Shown here: positions 44,101-59,216 of the stretch, in pieces
Position numbering within the stretch: the first letter of the stretch is position 1
How the letters are laid out: every line of letters starts with the position of its first letter
Source: a virus
Taxonomy: Duplodnaviria; Caudoviricetes
Direction: 5' to 3' (one strand)
Virus record (IMG/VR): IMGVR_UViG_2974730439_000001
Location: 35,849-99,848 of that record
DNA length: 64,000 nt
Translations under genes and position numbers: made by a program
The notes under the pieces: model-generated
Database searches by the model: none
What the model was told of the DNA's origin: nothing
What the model saw: only the letters and a program-made list of their open reading frames with translations

Positions 44101-47100
44101 TACAGGTCTTTTTCCTTCAGATGCCTAACTATTAATAGAACCATTACTTTGTCTTAAGTTAACTGGAATTATACCTTTAGGAGCCACTTGAGGTAAAGTA
44201 GCAGATTTGTCTACAAAATAGTTAGGAGAGTATGTTTTAATATATTTGTCTATAATACTCTTACGCAATTGTCTAAGTTTATTTATTTCACTATTAGTCT
44301 TAGAGCTGCTTACGTTCCAATTACGCATTTTAGCTCTAGCTTTATCTGGTTGATATAAAGCTAGATTGTATATTAATTTCTTACCATCTTCCGTAGTTTC
44401 TTCGATAATTAAATGTACTGCCATTCTATCTGCAGCATCTCTCTCAGATTTTCGTGTCTCCTTATTATCTGTAACTATATAGTAAGCTTTCTATTTAGAT
44501 AACCAGCCCGGTATGGCTAATTTAGATGCTAATTCTATTCCTGGTCTACGCTCTCCATCAAATTGCACAGGTTTACCATTAGCTTCAATAGGCATTACTT
44601 CTGTAGAATTAAAAGCATAAAAGAAGGTAGAATGTATTCTATTAGTTTCTACTTTCTTCTTAGTATCTAAACCAGGAGATTTATCAGTCTAACCTAAATA
44701 ATTTGCTGCTTCCTAAGTAGTAGCCATATCTACAGCGTCCACCTATTCAAACTGCCCTTGCATTTCTATCTCTTCGTCACTCACCGGAGATCCTAAAGAC
44801 GGATCTTCATTACCTACCCAAGTATCAGTTCCATCTGTATATATTACGTCATCCTAAGTCTCTAAAGGAACTTCTACAATTTCATCAGTAGATCCGTCAA
44901 ATGATTCTGGTGTAAGATTAATAGTGGGATTTATCTACTTTGGACTGATTGGTTCCTAGCGCTTAGTATTATATGTAGACTATTCAGACTATACCTCTTC
45001 TTCTGTAGTAGTAATATTTTCAGTAGAAGTTACATCAGAATCTTCAACATTACCTATATCTGCGATAGGCCCGCCATCTTCTATAGTATCATACTTAGCT
45101 TTTAATTCATCTATCTCTAAGGTATTACTATCTACGTTGTCAGTGGCAGCTCTATCCTAATCGTTAGCGGAACTCTACGTTATTTCTGTTACATCATTAT
45201 CCTCTACATATTCTTTATCAGATACTTCATCTAGCATAGCATCAATATCGCTAACTTCTCCAGTATCTCCAGTATTATCAGTTACCTCATCCACTTGTTC
45301 TTCTGAACTATTAGTAGCAATTTCATCAACTGGGGTGTTTACAGAGCCCCTATCAGTATCATCTGATATACTATCTATAGTATGCGCGGATTCCTAGGAT
45401 GTTTCTTTCGTATCGTCACCCTGATTATTATCTGGTTCTACCTATGTTTTATTTGATGATTCCTCTGTTGAAACAGGTTGACTATCTATAGGAGTGTCAA
45501 ACTCTTCCTAATTTTCTACTTGGGCTTGCTATAAAGATTTTCTAGTATTACGTAAGTCTTCTCTAAATATAGCATTAGCTAATGTACGTTCGTTAGCTTC
45601 TACATTAGCACTATTTTCTATATCACTCCAACTCTAGTTAATCTTATGATTATAATAACTTATCAGTTGCCTTCTAGTAGGTTCTTCTTGAGTCTGATGA
45701 TCCTCTTTATATTTCTCTGCATACTCAGTTAATACAGACTATTTTTCAGAATCATCAAGAGTACTCCATAAAGGTTTTCTTTCTACTAAGTATCTATTAG
45801 ATATAGATAATCTACCAGTATTATATGTATTTAATTTTGTAGATATGATATTTATTATTCCTGCATTAAGTATAGATGGAGCCAATACGTTTTCTAATTC
45901 CTCAATATTAGCAGGATCTTGTAGAGTATTAAATGTTCCCTTAAATAAAGTATTATCTAATTTACTAAGCGAATTTTTGATCTCTCTCTAACGTTTTTTT
46001 ATAAATTCCTGTAAACCATTTATACCTTGTTTAGATATATCTATTCCATATTCAGTTTTGATTTCTTCGAGAGTTTTTTTACGCTAGTTAAGATCTTTAT
46101 TTAATCTATCTAATACTCTGCTAGTAGCTCTAGTAACAATAGAGTTAATAATAGGAGCTCTAAATTCAGATAATTGTATTGCCGTCTAACCTTCAGCCAA
46201 ACTGTTAGTATATTTCTCATACTACTGTTGAATGAATCTATTTAACGGAGAATCAATACTTTCATTAAATATCTGTTCTATTTTTTCTGTTACTTTCTTA
46301 TCTGATAAGTCAGCCAATTCAGAAGCTTCATTAAAACTATTAATTAATTCTACATGATTTTGTACGAACATCTCGAAATCTTTACCAGATTTACGATTTA
46401 TTCCCAGTTCTTTTAGATTATTATCTATATCTTTGTTCTTATATATACCATATACTATACGAGAAGTTTCTATATCCTCGTCAATCATTTTATCAGTAAC
46501 ATCTGTACCTTTATATCTCTTTAATTCTTCTATACTATTACGTAAGTATTCAGGAGTATTCCCATTACGATAAGAATCTAAAAATTGTGCTACTTTGAAG
46601 CTTCTATCTACTCTGTCAAGGTTTCTAGCAGAAAGTTCCTAGATGCTTAAATCAGATTCAATTTGTTTTCTAGTTCTATTAATTTGCTATATATCGGGTC
46701 CAGCTCCCATAAGAGCACCAATAAAGCTACCAATACTCATTGCTTTTCGCAACTGATCATCGGTATTATACATATCATTCCAATGTAAGCCGTTATATGC
46801 TAGTGTAGCTTCAACAGCGGCTGTACCAGATTGAATTATACCATCTAAAAAGCTGTAAGGAGACTCCGTCTGAGTGCCATCTACAGGTATATCTGAATAT
46901 CTCTTTTGGAATATAGACTGTTGCCCTTCCTCAATTCCTTCAGATATAGCTCGTTTTCCAGTATGTAAAGTAAAGTTAGCTATAGATTCTAGAGCTCTCT
47001 TAGTTGCTACTTTCTACATTGGATTATCGAAAACTTTGTCCGCAATCTTATTCGTTCTATCTTTTACTGCTTCTATTAATTTTCTAGTTCTAGCATTTTT

Positions 47101-48654
47101 CATAGCTGCAGTACCTATACCGTTAGCTATAGCTTTAGCCCCTATGGTATTATTTACTACTTTTCCAGTATAAGATAAACCAAAGTTCTACAGGTAATCG
47201 CTAAGCGCTAGAGCATTATTACCTTGTTCTATTTCAGTAAGACCAACTCTAGCATCTTTAGCAAACTTATTATAGTTCTAATCACTAGTTTGAATATTAT
47301 ATGCTAATCCAAATTGAAGCTTTTCAAGGTCATCCATAGAGGATACATCATATCCTCTGGATTCCAATCCAAACTCATAATCTTTCATAACTTTATTAAT
47401 GTCAAACTTATCAGAGTTCTCTAATAATTTCTGTGTATATGATGATAGTACTTCTGCAGCAGTTTCTTTATGTCTAAAGTAGGCTGTACTAAGTAGGTTG
47501 ACTCCAGTTTCTCCTAATGCCCAAAGACCAGGATGTTTAGATGCTCTACCACCCCACTTAACGAGATGAGCTGTAGCCATAGTGGCTCCCATAGCTTGCA
47601 ATTCTGACAAACTACTACCAAGATGTGTTAATCCATACTTATATGTGCTAGGATCAAATAAAGAAACCTCTACTTCCTATCTCTATTTGTCAAAAGCAGG
47701 ATCAATTTCATCTGGATCATAAGTAATCCCCAAAGGTACTATTCCAAGTAGAGGATCATGCAACATATGCTTTGTTTTTAGAGCTTTCTGCTTAGCTTTA
47801 ATTTCAGACTCCTTTTCAAATAGTGCCACATTAGCATCCTCTAAATTCTTGTTCAATCTATCTAGTTTGTTAGATAATTTAGCTGCCGCAGTTAGTCTAT
47901 CATTTAATTCATTATTAGTCTAATTCCAAGATAAGTCAATAATATATTGATTTCTATTATTCTACAATATAGAATTCATGACATCTCTAGATACAGCCTT
48001 GGGATACAATTGTCCAGGATGTGTAAACGCAGGTTCTATAGCCTAACCGTAAAATATATCTCTTATGTATGGATTAGTTTTAGCTGCTTCTTTTACTTGT
48101 TTTTCTAGCTCCTGTACCTCAGACATTACCTTAAAGTAATCTGGACCATCTACAGATAATTCTCCTAGTAATGTTTTTTGCTCTAAGTAACGTTTAGCGA
48201 TCTCTATTTCCGGTATCCATTTGCCTTCTGTTTCCCTTAACTCATTTACTCTAGCTTGAACATTTATAGATAATGCATCACGTACATTTATATTTACAGC
48301 CTGGTCTATATAACTAGAATCATTTCCGTTTTCTCCCTTATAGTTATCAGTAAATAATCCTATTACAGCCTTACTTAAATCAGAAGCAAAATCGTATGAT
48401 GAACCTACACCAGGTAATTTTTTAGTGGATTGTTCTTGTTTCTCAGTTATTTCCGATTCTTCAAGTGAAGTATCATAATCTTGTATATTATAATTAAGTT
48501 CTTCTTCTAACTGATTCCAAGCTTCATTTCTAACAGCTCTAGTACCAGTCTAACCAACATCAAACGTATTTAAAGAGCTAATCCCCGATTCAGAGAAATC
48601 GGGGGCAGTTCTTTTATAGTTTATTCTATTATGACTTAAACTTGTTCTATCCAT
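35173..48654 (-). CDS. ~4493-aa virion RNA polymerase polyprotein (TAG=Gln)
   Basis: All minus-strand ORF fragments from 35173 to 47610 are in one frame with ATG 48654. Contains RIPTQ...GSDFDIDKL (crAss/phi14:2-type catalytic DxDxD) and zincin HEAWH. Confidence 0.85.
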
Positions 48655-48659
48655 ATTAA

Positions 48660-50426
48660 TTATTCATTATCGTCGTCTATGTTACTATAAGGGAATCTCA
48701 TACTTTCTGAGCGAATATTCTACATTACATTTACGTCAGTACCAACTTTTCTAGAATTTTGGAACTATATATCAGCGGCAACTGCCGCCTAACCAGAGCT
48801 AGGTATTACAGTAGCCACAGGTACCATAACGTATTCAGTATCATTCTTAGTAGTAATAGACTTACTATCTATATTATCTCTATTATCTAATCTTACTACT
48901 ACAGACCCACTAGTATCACTATTATTCAAAGTTACTACTTCTAATCCTGCTTCTTTAACTGCATCATATAAAGATCTAGCATTTTCATCATCATCTTTAC
49001 CAGATGAAGTAAAGAATTTATCTTTATTAAATTGATTTAACGGAATAAATGCATATTTAGTTTGATAAGTTTGACCACCGTCAGTTACCTGTTTAGTTTC
49101 AGGAGATATAATAAAATTATTAAATTCTCCATTATTCCACATATCTGTAAATATGGCATTTCTTGCAGTTTGTGTGCCTAACTAATTAACATCTCCGAGC
49201 ATACTAAATGCTAATTCATCTTGTAATATAAAGTCACTAGATTTCTTTCCGATGTAATTACCATTACTATCTTTTTTACCAGTAGTACCATATTTACCAT
49301 ATATATCTATAGCAGTATCTGGATCTAATGGAGAAGAGAAAGCATTTATTACATAATCTATAGCTGCATTTCTACTTCTAGTATGAGAGTACACGGATTC
49401 AAAACTATTACGCAATTTATCTTGCATTACACTAGGGTCTAACTATTTTAACACAGCATCTCGTCTATCTTTTGATAATACATTTATACCATGTCTAGTT
49501 ACAGCATTCATTTCTTCTGGAGTCATATCTGTAAAATTTTCGTATATTCTACGTCTAGAATCCATATGAACTTGTTCTGTAAGATTAAGTAAGTTATTAG
49601 GATTATTTTTAGCGGCAGCTGCAGCTCTAGCTTGTATCTTGGCGCTTTCTATCCACCATGGATCTCTTTGAGCCTAATCGTAAGCAAATTCTCTACCTGC
49701 AGTAATGAGTGTTCTATTAAGCTGTTCTTCAGCATTCTGTCTACTAAGACCTTGTCTCTATAATACTTCTAAATGCTTTTGATATTCTGGAGTATTCTAT
49801 ATACTAGATAAATTCCTTTGAATTTCATAGTCTGTTCTATCAGTAGAAACTCCTTGATGAATCCATCCATCTTTAACTCCCATGAAACTAGCTTTCAAGT
49901 TATCCACATATGGTCTTACTAAGTCTACTTCAGATTTATAAGCAAGAGGAGCAATATCGTTAAATATTCCACTATCTACTGTGTTATAGTTAGTGAAATC
50001 TACGTCATGCCAAAGAGGATTATACATACCTTTTATCATTAATTCCTAATTAGCTTTTTGTCTTGCTAGCATTCCTTCTCTACTTTGTCTTAAATTACTA
50101 AGAGTAGCGTAATCAAGATTAGCGATACGAGAATTCAATCTAGCTCTAAAGTTAGCATCCTTCATAGCATCCGGATTAGTAGCAGCTTCGTCTATTAAGT
50201 CTCTTATCTTTCCTAAAGAGTTCTCGTAGTATCTCTAAGTATCTACAGCAGAAGGAGATTGAAATTCTCCAAACTTACTAACAGTATTAGTGAATTCGTT
50301 AGCAGCTTGTTCAACAGCTTGTCTTTGCGCCTAACCTATTCTATACAATTCACCAAAATTAATTGGTACATATGTATTCATTATAGGAGCTTCTGCAGCT
50401 CTATCGTATCTATTAGCTTGCATCAT
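48660..50426 (-). CDS. 588-aa virion cargo/ejection protein (TAG=Gln)
   Basis: Three fragments in frame; ATG 50426 overlaps the upstream TGA; hand-read to TAA at 48660. Confidence 0.75.
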
Positions 50427-52273
50427 TTACCTCCTTTTCTTTTTATTGTACTACGATTAGAATTCATCATAGCTCTGAGATCATCTTCAGTAAACCCAGC
50501 TTGCAAGAATCTTTGATACAAAGGCCACATTTCCATATCTCTAGCTTTCTGATTACGCATTAACTCTCTATTCTGAGCCCATTGACTTAACTGACTTAAA
50601 CCAGCTCTACGTATATTTCTAGCAGTAGCTCTATTCTGAGCATTAGCTTCATTAGCCATATTCGTAGCATTAACCCATTGCTGTCCTAAACTATTCATAG
50701 TATTAGCATAATCACCTAAGTACTGATTGTTAACATTACTTTCTTGAGATCTTAAACTAGCTATAGCTCTGTCAGTATTAACAGCTGACTGTAATCTATA
50801 AGCTAAATTAGCTCCAGTACTAGTATTAATCTGACTAGCATTATAATTACTAGTAGCTCTATTACGGTTTAAATCTTCAATAGCAGGACTAATATCATAT
50901 CTACGTCTACGCATCGCATTACTAATACTAGTAGCATAAGGATTATATACTGCATCAACTGTTTCAGGTCTACCAGTAAATAGATTAGACATAACAGGAG
51001 TTAAAGAAGCTATCCCTGACAAAGCAGACCCCCAATTAAATTTATTATTATCAGGCTCAGGTTTACTATAAGCATTACTTTTAGGTAAAGTAGTAACCTT
51101 ATCTGCTTGAGAAGTAAGGGCGTCTCCTAAACCTGCCATTTCACTATTAGTAGCAGTTAGTAACTCTGGATGTTTTGGTTTCAGCGGATTAACTGTACCA
51201 TACCAAGTAAATGGTAATTCTGGCTTACCCTCATCAATTAATCCTGTACTTGTAGAAGAAGTAGTTCTACGTCTACTTGAAGTAGTTTGAGTATTACTAG
51301 GATTAACAGGCACATGATACCATTGATTATTACCAGTTCCCCACTGCACTCCAGCACCCCATTTACGATTAGGGTTATAGATAGCATCTACTATTCTATC
51401 TCCTAAACCAGGTTTAATCTCATCACCTAAAGCAGCTGCTTGTATCTACTTAGTTTTAGGTTTAATACCTTTACTTTGTTTAACAGATTCCTGCATAGCA
51501 AATAACTAATCATGAATCATATTATTATTCATTTCATTTAGTTTTGCTGCATTCTCTGCAAATCTGTCATTATATTTACTTTTTTTCTTTGCCATCATTT
51601 TCTCACCAAGTTGTGCAAATGTTTCTTTTCTACCAGGCACTTTAAGCTTATCACTTAATACTCTACTGCCTTCAGGTAAACTAACTAAATTACTGTCAGT
51701 AGGTTTATTATTCTCTGGTACTTTACTTATACTTCCATCTGGAGTCTATATTAATTCACCATCATCTACATAAGCTAAAGAGGAAGACATTCCTCCATTA
51801 GCCATAGTATCTGTATTCATCCCTATCATATCATCATATGCTTCACTTTGTAGGTAATTAGTACCTTGTACAGCAGCTCTATTACTGTAAGCATTCTTCT
51901 TAATAGCAGCTCTCTTTCTGCGCAATTTTCTATTACTAAATGCTCCTATTATACCACTACCAAGACTACCTTCATCATAATCAGTAAATGAAGTCATTCT
52001 AGCTTGTTCACCAGATCTGCCTATTAAACCTACACCTGCTCCTACCGCAGCACCGACTGGACCAGCAACCTTATAACCAGTAGCTGCACCGCTAGCTATA
52101 TCACTTACAGATTGTGCAGCAGCTTGTCCTCCTGTAGTAGCATTAGATTTCTAAAATGGTGTTATTAAAGTATTTAGTACATCAGGAGCATCTTCAAGCA
52201 TATTACTCCCAATTTCTTTAAATTGAGTTCCAAATGCACATGCTGGTACTTTTGTTTTCTTTTTACTTTTCAT
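50423..52273 (-). CDS. 616-aa virion cargo/ejection protein (TAG=Gln)
   Basis: ATG 52273 is in frame with fragments 51746-51997 and 50423-51349; Gly/Ala-rich hydrophobic segment, AYVDDGELI motif and N/Q/A coiled coil. Confidence 0.75.
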
Positions 52274-52274
52274 A

Positions 52275-55200
52275 TTAAATTAATGAATTTCTATATGTTG
52301 TTGTAATCTACGGTATTTCAAAAGTATGATCTATATCAGAATCTAACTCATAATCGCATATCATATACTTACCTCTTAACCTAGCAGGTAACGATAACGC
52401 ATCTTCATTCTTATCTGCTCTAGGTATAGGGAATCTAAATGTATCTTCTCTATAATCGGTTATTATATGTTGTTCAGGAGTAATAACATTACCTTCTTCA
52501 TCAAGTTCTTCTTCAGTGTGTTCTCTAATAGCTTCTTGATGTTTAGTACTGAATTTCATATAATCTATGATATCGTCCTTAATAGACTCTTGATTACCAT
52601 CTCTAAACTCTCCTTGTAATCTAACATTATCAAATACTTTAGTATAAGGAGCATTCTTATTAATAACTATTTCTAATTTAGCTTTTCTATCTAAAGGAGT
52701 TAACCCTATTACTCCAGTATCATGTATAGTATGCAATTCATTGTCTTTTATTGCTACTACTCTATCAGAAATAGGTAACGACCATTTAGGATTAAACGTA
52801 TAGAAAGATGTAAATCTACCTAACTACTCATTAAATACTAGTGGTTTATTTAGTACATTAAACCATACCTCATTATACTTCTTATCAAATAAGGACATAG
52901 CTTTAGCCCTATCTTCTTTAATGTTTTTATTAAAGTAAGATTGTACCTGCTTTTCTTTAGATAACTAACTTACTTGACCTGTATAAGAACATATTTCGTT
53001 CTTATCATAATCGTACCAATAAAGCACATTATCTGAATTAATTATACTCTTGTCATTCTTAATAGACGAACCATTAGTAGTAGTTACGTAGTCGAATCTA
53101 CTTAATATACCACCAGTACCTAATACTAGTTGATTTACATTATCGTCAGTAATAAGTGATCTTTCATTGACAGAAGCTACTCCTACTCCAGTATCTTGGA
53201 AATAGAACAGTCTATCTTTGAATACTTTTAGATTGGTTATGTCTCCCCACTGATTATCTACATCTAAGTAATCAGCTACTTTGAATTTAGACCACTAATC
53301 TATTACTTCATTATTAGTCTTAGCCTATGAAGTTAATATTCTATTAGTATACCTTACGTCTTTATCAGCATACATAGAATTAGGTACATATAATTTACCA
53401 GTATTCTATGCTGAGTAAACAGAATTATATACAAAGTAAGGAAGATCCTGTACATGTATATCTTGCATCTGTGTAGGTTCTAACTATAACCAAGAGTCTG
53501 CAAAGTTTGAACTAGTTACCGTTCTATGAATCTGATCTCCGTGGAATAAATTCATATTAATAGAACTTTCAAATGGTATATAAGCTCCTATATAATTCTT
53601 CATTCCATCCCATTCTTTAGCATCAGGTAATTGGAATAGCATGGTATTAGGATAATCTAATAAGCTTAGATAAGTATCTCCTCCAAATACATACTTTCTG
53701 TCGTACGCTGCTATACTTATGTATACAGAATTCTGTCTAGATGAGAATGTATTACCACCATATATAGAATTACCATCACGTTTAACATTAAATACAGGAA
53801 TAGCATTAGTAGAATCAAATGGATGGAGCTCTGGGTATTTGTTAGTAGGTACACTATTAAATCCAGAGAATACATTCTATAATTCAGGTACATGAGCTAT
53901 GATACACGGACCAGCTGGACCTTGTAATGATTGATTATCATTATGAATAAAGTCAGACATAGAGTAGTTAGTATAAGTTCTATTACCTACATTTATTCTT
54001 TTAGCTACTACATCTGGAGCTCCATACATATTATAATCTATATTGGGTGGGTATTTAGCATCTTCAATATACGATGTAGATTGAGATTGTCCAAATGTTG
54101 GAACGAAATATTTAGCTATTGATGCTCCACGGTATACCTTATTACCTCTACTATCTTGATAAGGGAATCCTACAGCTAATACATTAAGACCCCATCTACT
54201 ACCATAACCTACATATGGCACAGTATCTTGCTGCAATACTCTACCATCTATCTGAGTAACGTAATCCGCCGCAGCAAATATACTACGACTTACACTATTA
54301 CCAATAGTATTACCATTTACATAGTTATCTTTAAAATCATCAAACTTGCTATCATTTACTTTACCACCTACAAATGGAGAATAGTATGAGCCTATACCAT
54401 CTAAGTATACACTTCCTTCAAACAGTTTAGTTGCATCATCACCCTGTACACATATTTCTGGAGATACTAAACGTATATAATCATTTACTCTCATAGTAAG
54501 AGAGAAATTACCGATACCTTCCGCTGTACCTGTTGATATTGCTAATTGTTCACCAATCAAACTACAGAAGAAAGGAGTAGGTCTCATCTCCAAACTACTA
54601 TCTAATTCAGATCCCTATCCTACATATTTATCCTGTTCTTGAATTCTATACTCATATACGTAACTACCTACAGTTTGCATAATCACAGTTCTATCACGCT
54701 CAGTTCTATCACAACGAACTATCTCGTAACTTACTGCGCCAACTGGCATTTTCTTTACTTTAAATTCTACACCTAAAGCATTACCTATAAGAGTATTATT
54801 TTCATATCTAAATGGAGGCATTTGTGAAGCATGAGGCATTCTAATATCACCTATCCAAAGTACGGGAGAAGCTACAGATTTATCATTGTAGAATATTATA
54901 CCAAATCTATATATCTCATCTCTTTGGTAACCTCTATAATTAGCTGCTATATATGGATCAGCATAGTTAGGTACATATGAATTATTCTATTGTTCCTTAG
55001 TAGGTTGTACTATCTCAGGCATCTTGTCTGTACCTCTATTGATATATCTAGTATTGTTTCTAACAGTAGATACATCCATACTACAAGATTGATCTAATCT
55101 AAACTTATCTTGTTTATTGCTTAAATTTATATCTGTAGTTATGAATGAATATTCTATATTAATACCATAACCACCTAATTCACCTTCCTTATTGTATATA

Positions 55201-56447
55201 TATACATTCTAGGAATTAGATGCATCCTTTGTATACTTTGTGTTATTAAAGGGATTTATACAGTCATGAGTAATAGGAATACGTTTTATAGCTTCATCAT
55301 CTGTTATAGATAGACGAATATTATTACTATCTAAACTAGATAATAACTATATGCTTCCTTCTGAATTAGCTCTATATGCTCTAGCATCATAGTCATTACC
55401 ATCTTCATCTTCTGGTATCCAAGTATTCTCTGTTACATTAGCAGCGAATAATCTATTTTGCATTTTAGCAAGAGTCTACGCTATAAACTAATAACCAGTC
55501 ATAGCATTAAACTCATCTATAGATATATCGCTTAATGTAGAACCATAATCTACATACTGAATATCTGTTTGACCATCTGGAATATCTATTTCATCTACTA
55601 TACTAATAATAGGAGTAGAGTTGTTCTGTTCATAAAATAGACGTATTACTCTTAACTTATTGAAATCCTAAAGAGATAATTCAGTAGATAACATTACTGA
55701 TTTATTTGATGACTTATTTAAACCAGTACCTTTATATTCAGAACTACCTTGGCTAGTTACACTATTTGTTAAGTGAATTAGCTCACTCATTGGAGAAGTA
55801 ACTGTTTCAGTACCATGCACATTGAATAATTGATAACAATATGTTACCATTCCAGCTTTAAGGTTACCTTCAGATAACCAACGGAATTTAAACGGCAATA
55901 AACTTACTACTGGAGTTATTTCTAATGAACCAGGATTGATTATATTCCCATTCTCATCTATAAGATTAGAATTGTCTATATACTCATTACTCATTATGTT
56001 AACAATCTTAATAGGACTGTTTCCATCAGTAAAGTATATCTTTATATTAGTATCTGATTCATAGTTACCTACAATACTTAGTGTTGGATTTTTAGATAAA
56101 TCTTCACATAATCCTAAAGCTCCTTTACATACTAATTTGATTTGAGGCATGTTACTATCAAACCCCATTAATCTGTATATCTTATTAATGTTATCAGATG
56201 TTTTAGTTATTACTACTGCAATATCATTTATAGTAGTAGTACCTATTATAGTCTCATCTTTAGGTATAATAGTATCGTATCTTCTAGGATTCTCTATACT
56301 TTGTAATACTCCTGTAGTTCCTCCATCATTAGTGATAACACGGACATCCTCAGCATATCTGTACTGAGTATCCGGTATCAAATTCACATCTTGGTCCATA
56401 TTAAGACCTTGCGTAAATGTATTAACTTGTGCAGTATTACTTATCAT
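52275..56447 (-). CDS. 1390-aa tail muzzle / stabilisation protein (TAG=Gln)
   Basis: N-terminal NTFTQGLNMD...YRYAEDVR; four fragments in frame; C-terminal ARLRGKY...ITTTYRNSLI*; position between ring and cargo genes. Confidence 0.75.
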
Positions 56448-57373
56448 AATCTGTTCTAATTATATATGTTCTGTTCATCCCCTATCGTACTATAGAAAGT
56501 ATCATGCGCTCCTATTTCTGGATATAATTTTAACCAGACATCTTGCACAGAAGAAAGATCATCTACAGTAGGCATCATAGCTTCAGCATATGCTTGTTTA
56601 CGATAGAAGTTGTAAGAGTTACGTATATCATAGTAATCACCTTGGCTTATTTGTCCTTTTAATTTCTTAGGATACATAAGTTTCATAGTAATATACCAAT
56701 ACAAACATTCTTTATAAGACTCTAAATCTGGTATCATTGGCATACTATCTTCATCAGTATATATAGCATAATAGGATATTTTAACAAATCCTCTAGGCAT
56801 ACATGTATTAATATAACCAGGTTTAGTAGTATATTGTAATTCATTACTAAACATAGTACCATCCCTATGATCTACTACTCCAGGAACAAATTTACCATTT
56901 ACTGTACCTACTGTCCATTGATTAAGTAATATACTTAATGTTTGTCGTAAATTAGTGTCTTCGTTTAACTTTTCTAATGCTTCTCTATCAGTATTTAAAT
57001 TGAACATATTCTTTACTAATGGAAACATTGCAGTATCTGGAATTAACATACAGGGTTCATTACTACATTCACGGTCGTGGAATACACCAAAACTAGAAGT
57101 AGCTTTCCTCATAGGTAACCATCCTCCTCCATTACAGAATGAAAATGCTACTTGACCTAATTTATATAAATCACAAGGTAAAGCAACCTAATGGCATTCT
57201 ATTGGTAATATAGCTACCTTATGCTCATACTATTGTACAGCTCCTATCTTAAGTATTCCTTCCATAATCCATTCTCGGATATCAGTAATTCTAATCTAGT
57301 CTTCTTTAAGATCCAAATCAGCTATTACTTTAGCAACTACAGATGCAGAGCTAATCATTCGATTGTTTATCAT
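56444..57373 (-). CDS. 309-aa tail ring protein (TAG=Gln)
   Basis: ATG 57373 to TGA 56444 by read-through; ISYYAIYTDEDSMPMIPD...LYWYI; ATGA overlaps at both ends. Confidence 0.7.
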
Positions 57374-57831
57374 TTTTCAGGATAATCTTTTAATCTATTA
57401 AAAATTATTTTAGCTAACTCTCGTTTATTATCTCGACATGCTATAAATTGATATTTACCTTTATTAGTTAGTAAGCATCCTTGTTTAGACCAGAAGAATC
57501 TGTACTTCCATCCATTACTATGCTCGTTAAGTAAATATACTGGTTTACCTATTTCTTTAGTAGCTTTCCAATCCCATCTAAGGCTTTTACCTGAATACTC
57601 TTTAGGTTGATGCTTTATGATTTGCAAAGTACCTAATCTGCATGGTAACTTTACTTCCTTACATTCATACATTATTTCGTTTTTAATGTATTTAAAGTAA
57701 TCAGTAACTATAGCTTTAAAAGTCTTTAAATCTACATCATACTAAGTATTAGGTTCTATATACTCCTTATAGCTTATGTAATAATCGGCAATAGTATAGC
57801 ACTTTCTCTAATATTTTAATCTCTCTCTCAT
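57370..57831 (-). CDS. 153-aa crAss IHF/HU-like protein (TAG=Gln)
   Basis: KLPCRLGTLQIIK...DWKATKE..GK.VY..NEHS.GW.YRF.W pattern; start extended to 57831 through two TAGs. Confidence 0.65.
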
Positions 57832-58472
57832 TTATTATTAACTCTATTCTGCGTATCATCATGTGCATCATTACTATCATCGCTAGGCATAGTAATCATA
57901 ACAGATAATTCTCTTTGCATTATCATTTGTGTTATTACTGGTATCATTGCAGACGGTATAGGAAACTCACCATCTGGATCAAAACAAGCATTAAGTTCTG
58001 TAGGATCTTCAGCTATTACATCTACACTGATATACTCTAGCTGATTAGAATCCCCATCTACATATATCCTATTATTCTTAACCCATGCAATATAGTCTTT
58101 ACATGTAGCTTTTCTATACTTCTATAATTTAGCTTTAGTACGACTACCTATCTAAATTATATTACCAAACATATCACGTACATTTATTACTCCAGGTCTA
58201 TAGTTAAAGTCTATTAACTTAGGGAGTTCTTTATCTCCTACATAAGTAAAGTAACCTGGTACAGTTTCTTCACGATCTAAGTGAATAGGTTCTATAGTAG
58301 TAAGATATAATTCATTTATATCTCTTCCTTTATCTATATCCTATTTAATTAACATAGCTCTGTAACCTATAATCCACTTTTCAATTTGTGCTCTACTTAA
58401 ATGCTCAGACTCTGCAATATTATTATTACGAGCAATAAGTAGAATATTATCAATTAACTAGTTAAGTGTCAT
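57828..58472 (-). CDS. 214-aa tail ring-type protein (TAG=Gln)
   Basis: Missed by the ORF track: MTLN(Q)LIDNILLIARNNNIAESEHLSRAQIEKWIIGYRAMLIK(Q)DIDKGR...; TGA overlaps the next ATG. Confidence 0.7.
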
Positions 58473-58593
58473 ATCTTATTTCTAATAACGTTATAAAGCT
58501 TAAAACGCATTTTAAGGCGTTTAGAGACACTTTACGTATTGTAGCTTACAATCCCTTACCTTAACTAATAGCGTTTCTTACACAAGCTTAAAA

Positions 58594-58624
58594 CAAAAAA
58601 AGGTTGATCTTATTGACCAACCTT
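58594..58624 (-). terminator. intrinsic terminator
   Basis: AAGGTTGGTC-AATAA-GATCAACCTT followed by a T-run on the minus strand. Confidence 0.6.
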
Positions 58625-59173
58625 ATCCATAGCATTCTTCATATCCTAAGGGAGCATTTCCTTCATAGGTGGTGGAACCATCTAATTAGCTTTCCTTATT
58701 ATATTCTTCAATTCACTAACTTCTTTCTATAGCTCTAATATTTTATCGTTCTCTCTAGCTGGTTCATTATCTACTCCCAGCTTATCTAATAATACTTGGC
58801 ACTTAGCCATTTCTTCATCGCATTTAGCTATTGCCTCTTTCCTCTATTTGTACGTATCATATTGATTACGTACTATATTTATAATTTCTTGTTTATCAGT
58901 AGATATAGTAAGACCTATAGAATTATCTGTTATAACTGATTTATTCTCAGGTATAGTAAACTTCTTAGTCTCTCCATTACACTATATAGTTATATCTACT
59001 ACTTTCTTTCTGGGTTGATTAGGCATAGGGAACTATCCTGGTGGTAGTGGCTCATCATATACTGCACTTACTTGAGTAACAGAACCTTCATTATACTCAG
59101 TAGTCTTTTTGAATGTCCCAACCACTTCTATTATATATACTTTATCACCTATATTTAATTGATTGAATAACAT
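58610..59173 (-). CDS. 187-aa hypothetical protein (TAG=Gln)
   Basis: MLFNQLNIGDKVYIIEV... to in-frame TAA at 58610; missed by the ORF track because of TAGs. Confidence 0.7.
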
Positions 59174-59216
59174 AATAAGTTAGTTTTAAGGGGCTCATTT
59201 AGAGCCCCAATTTGTA

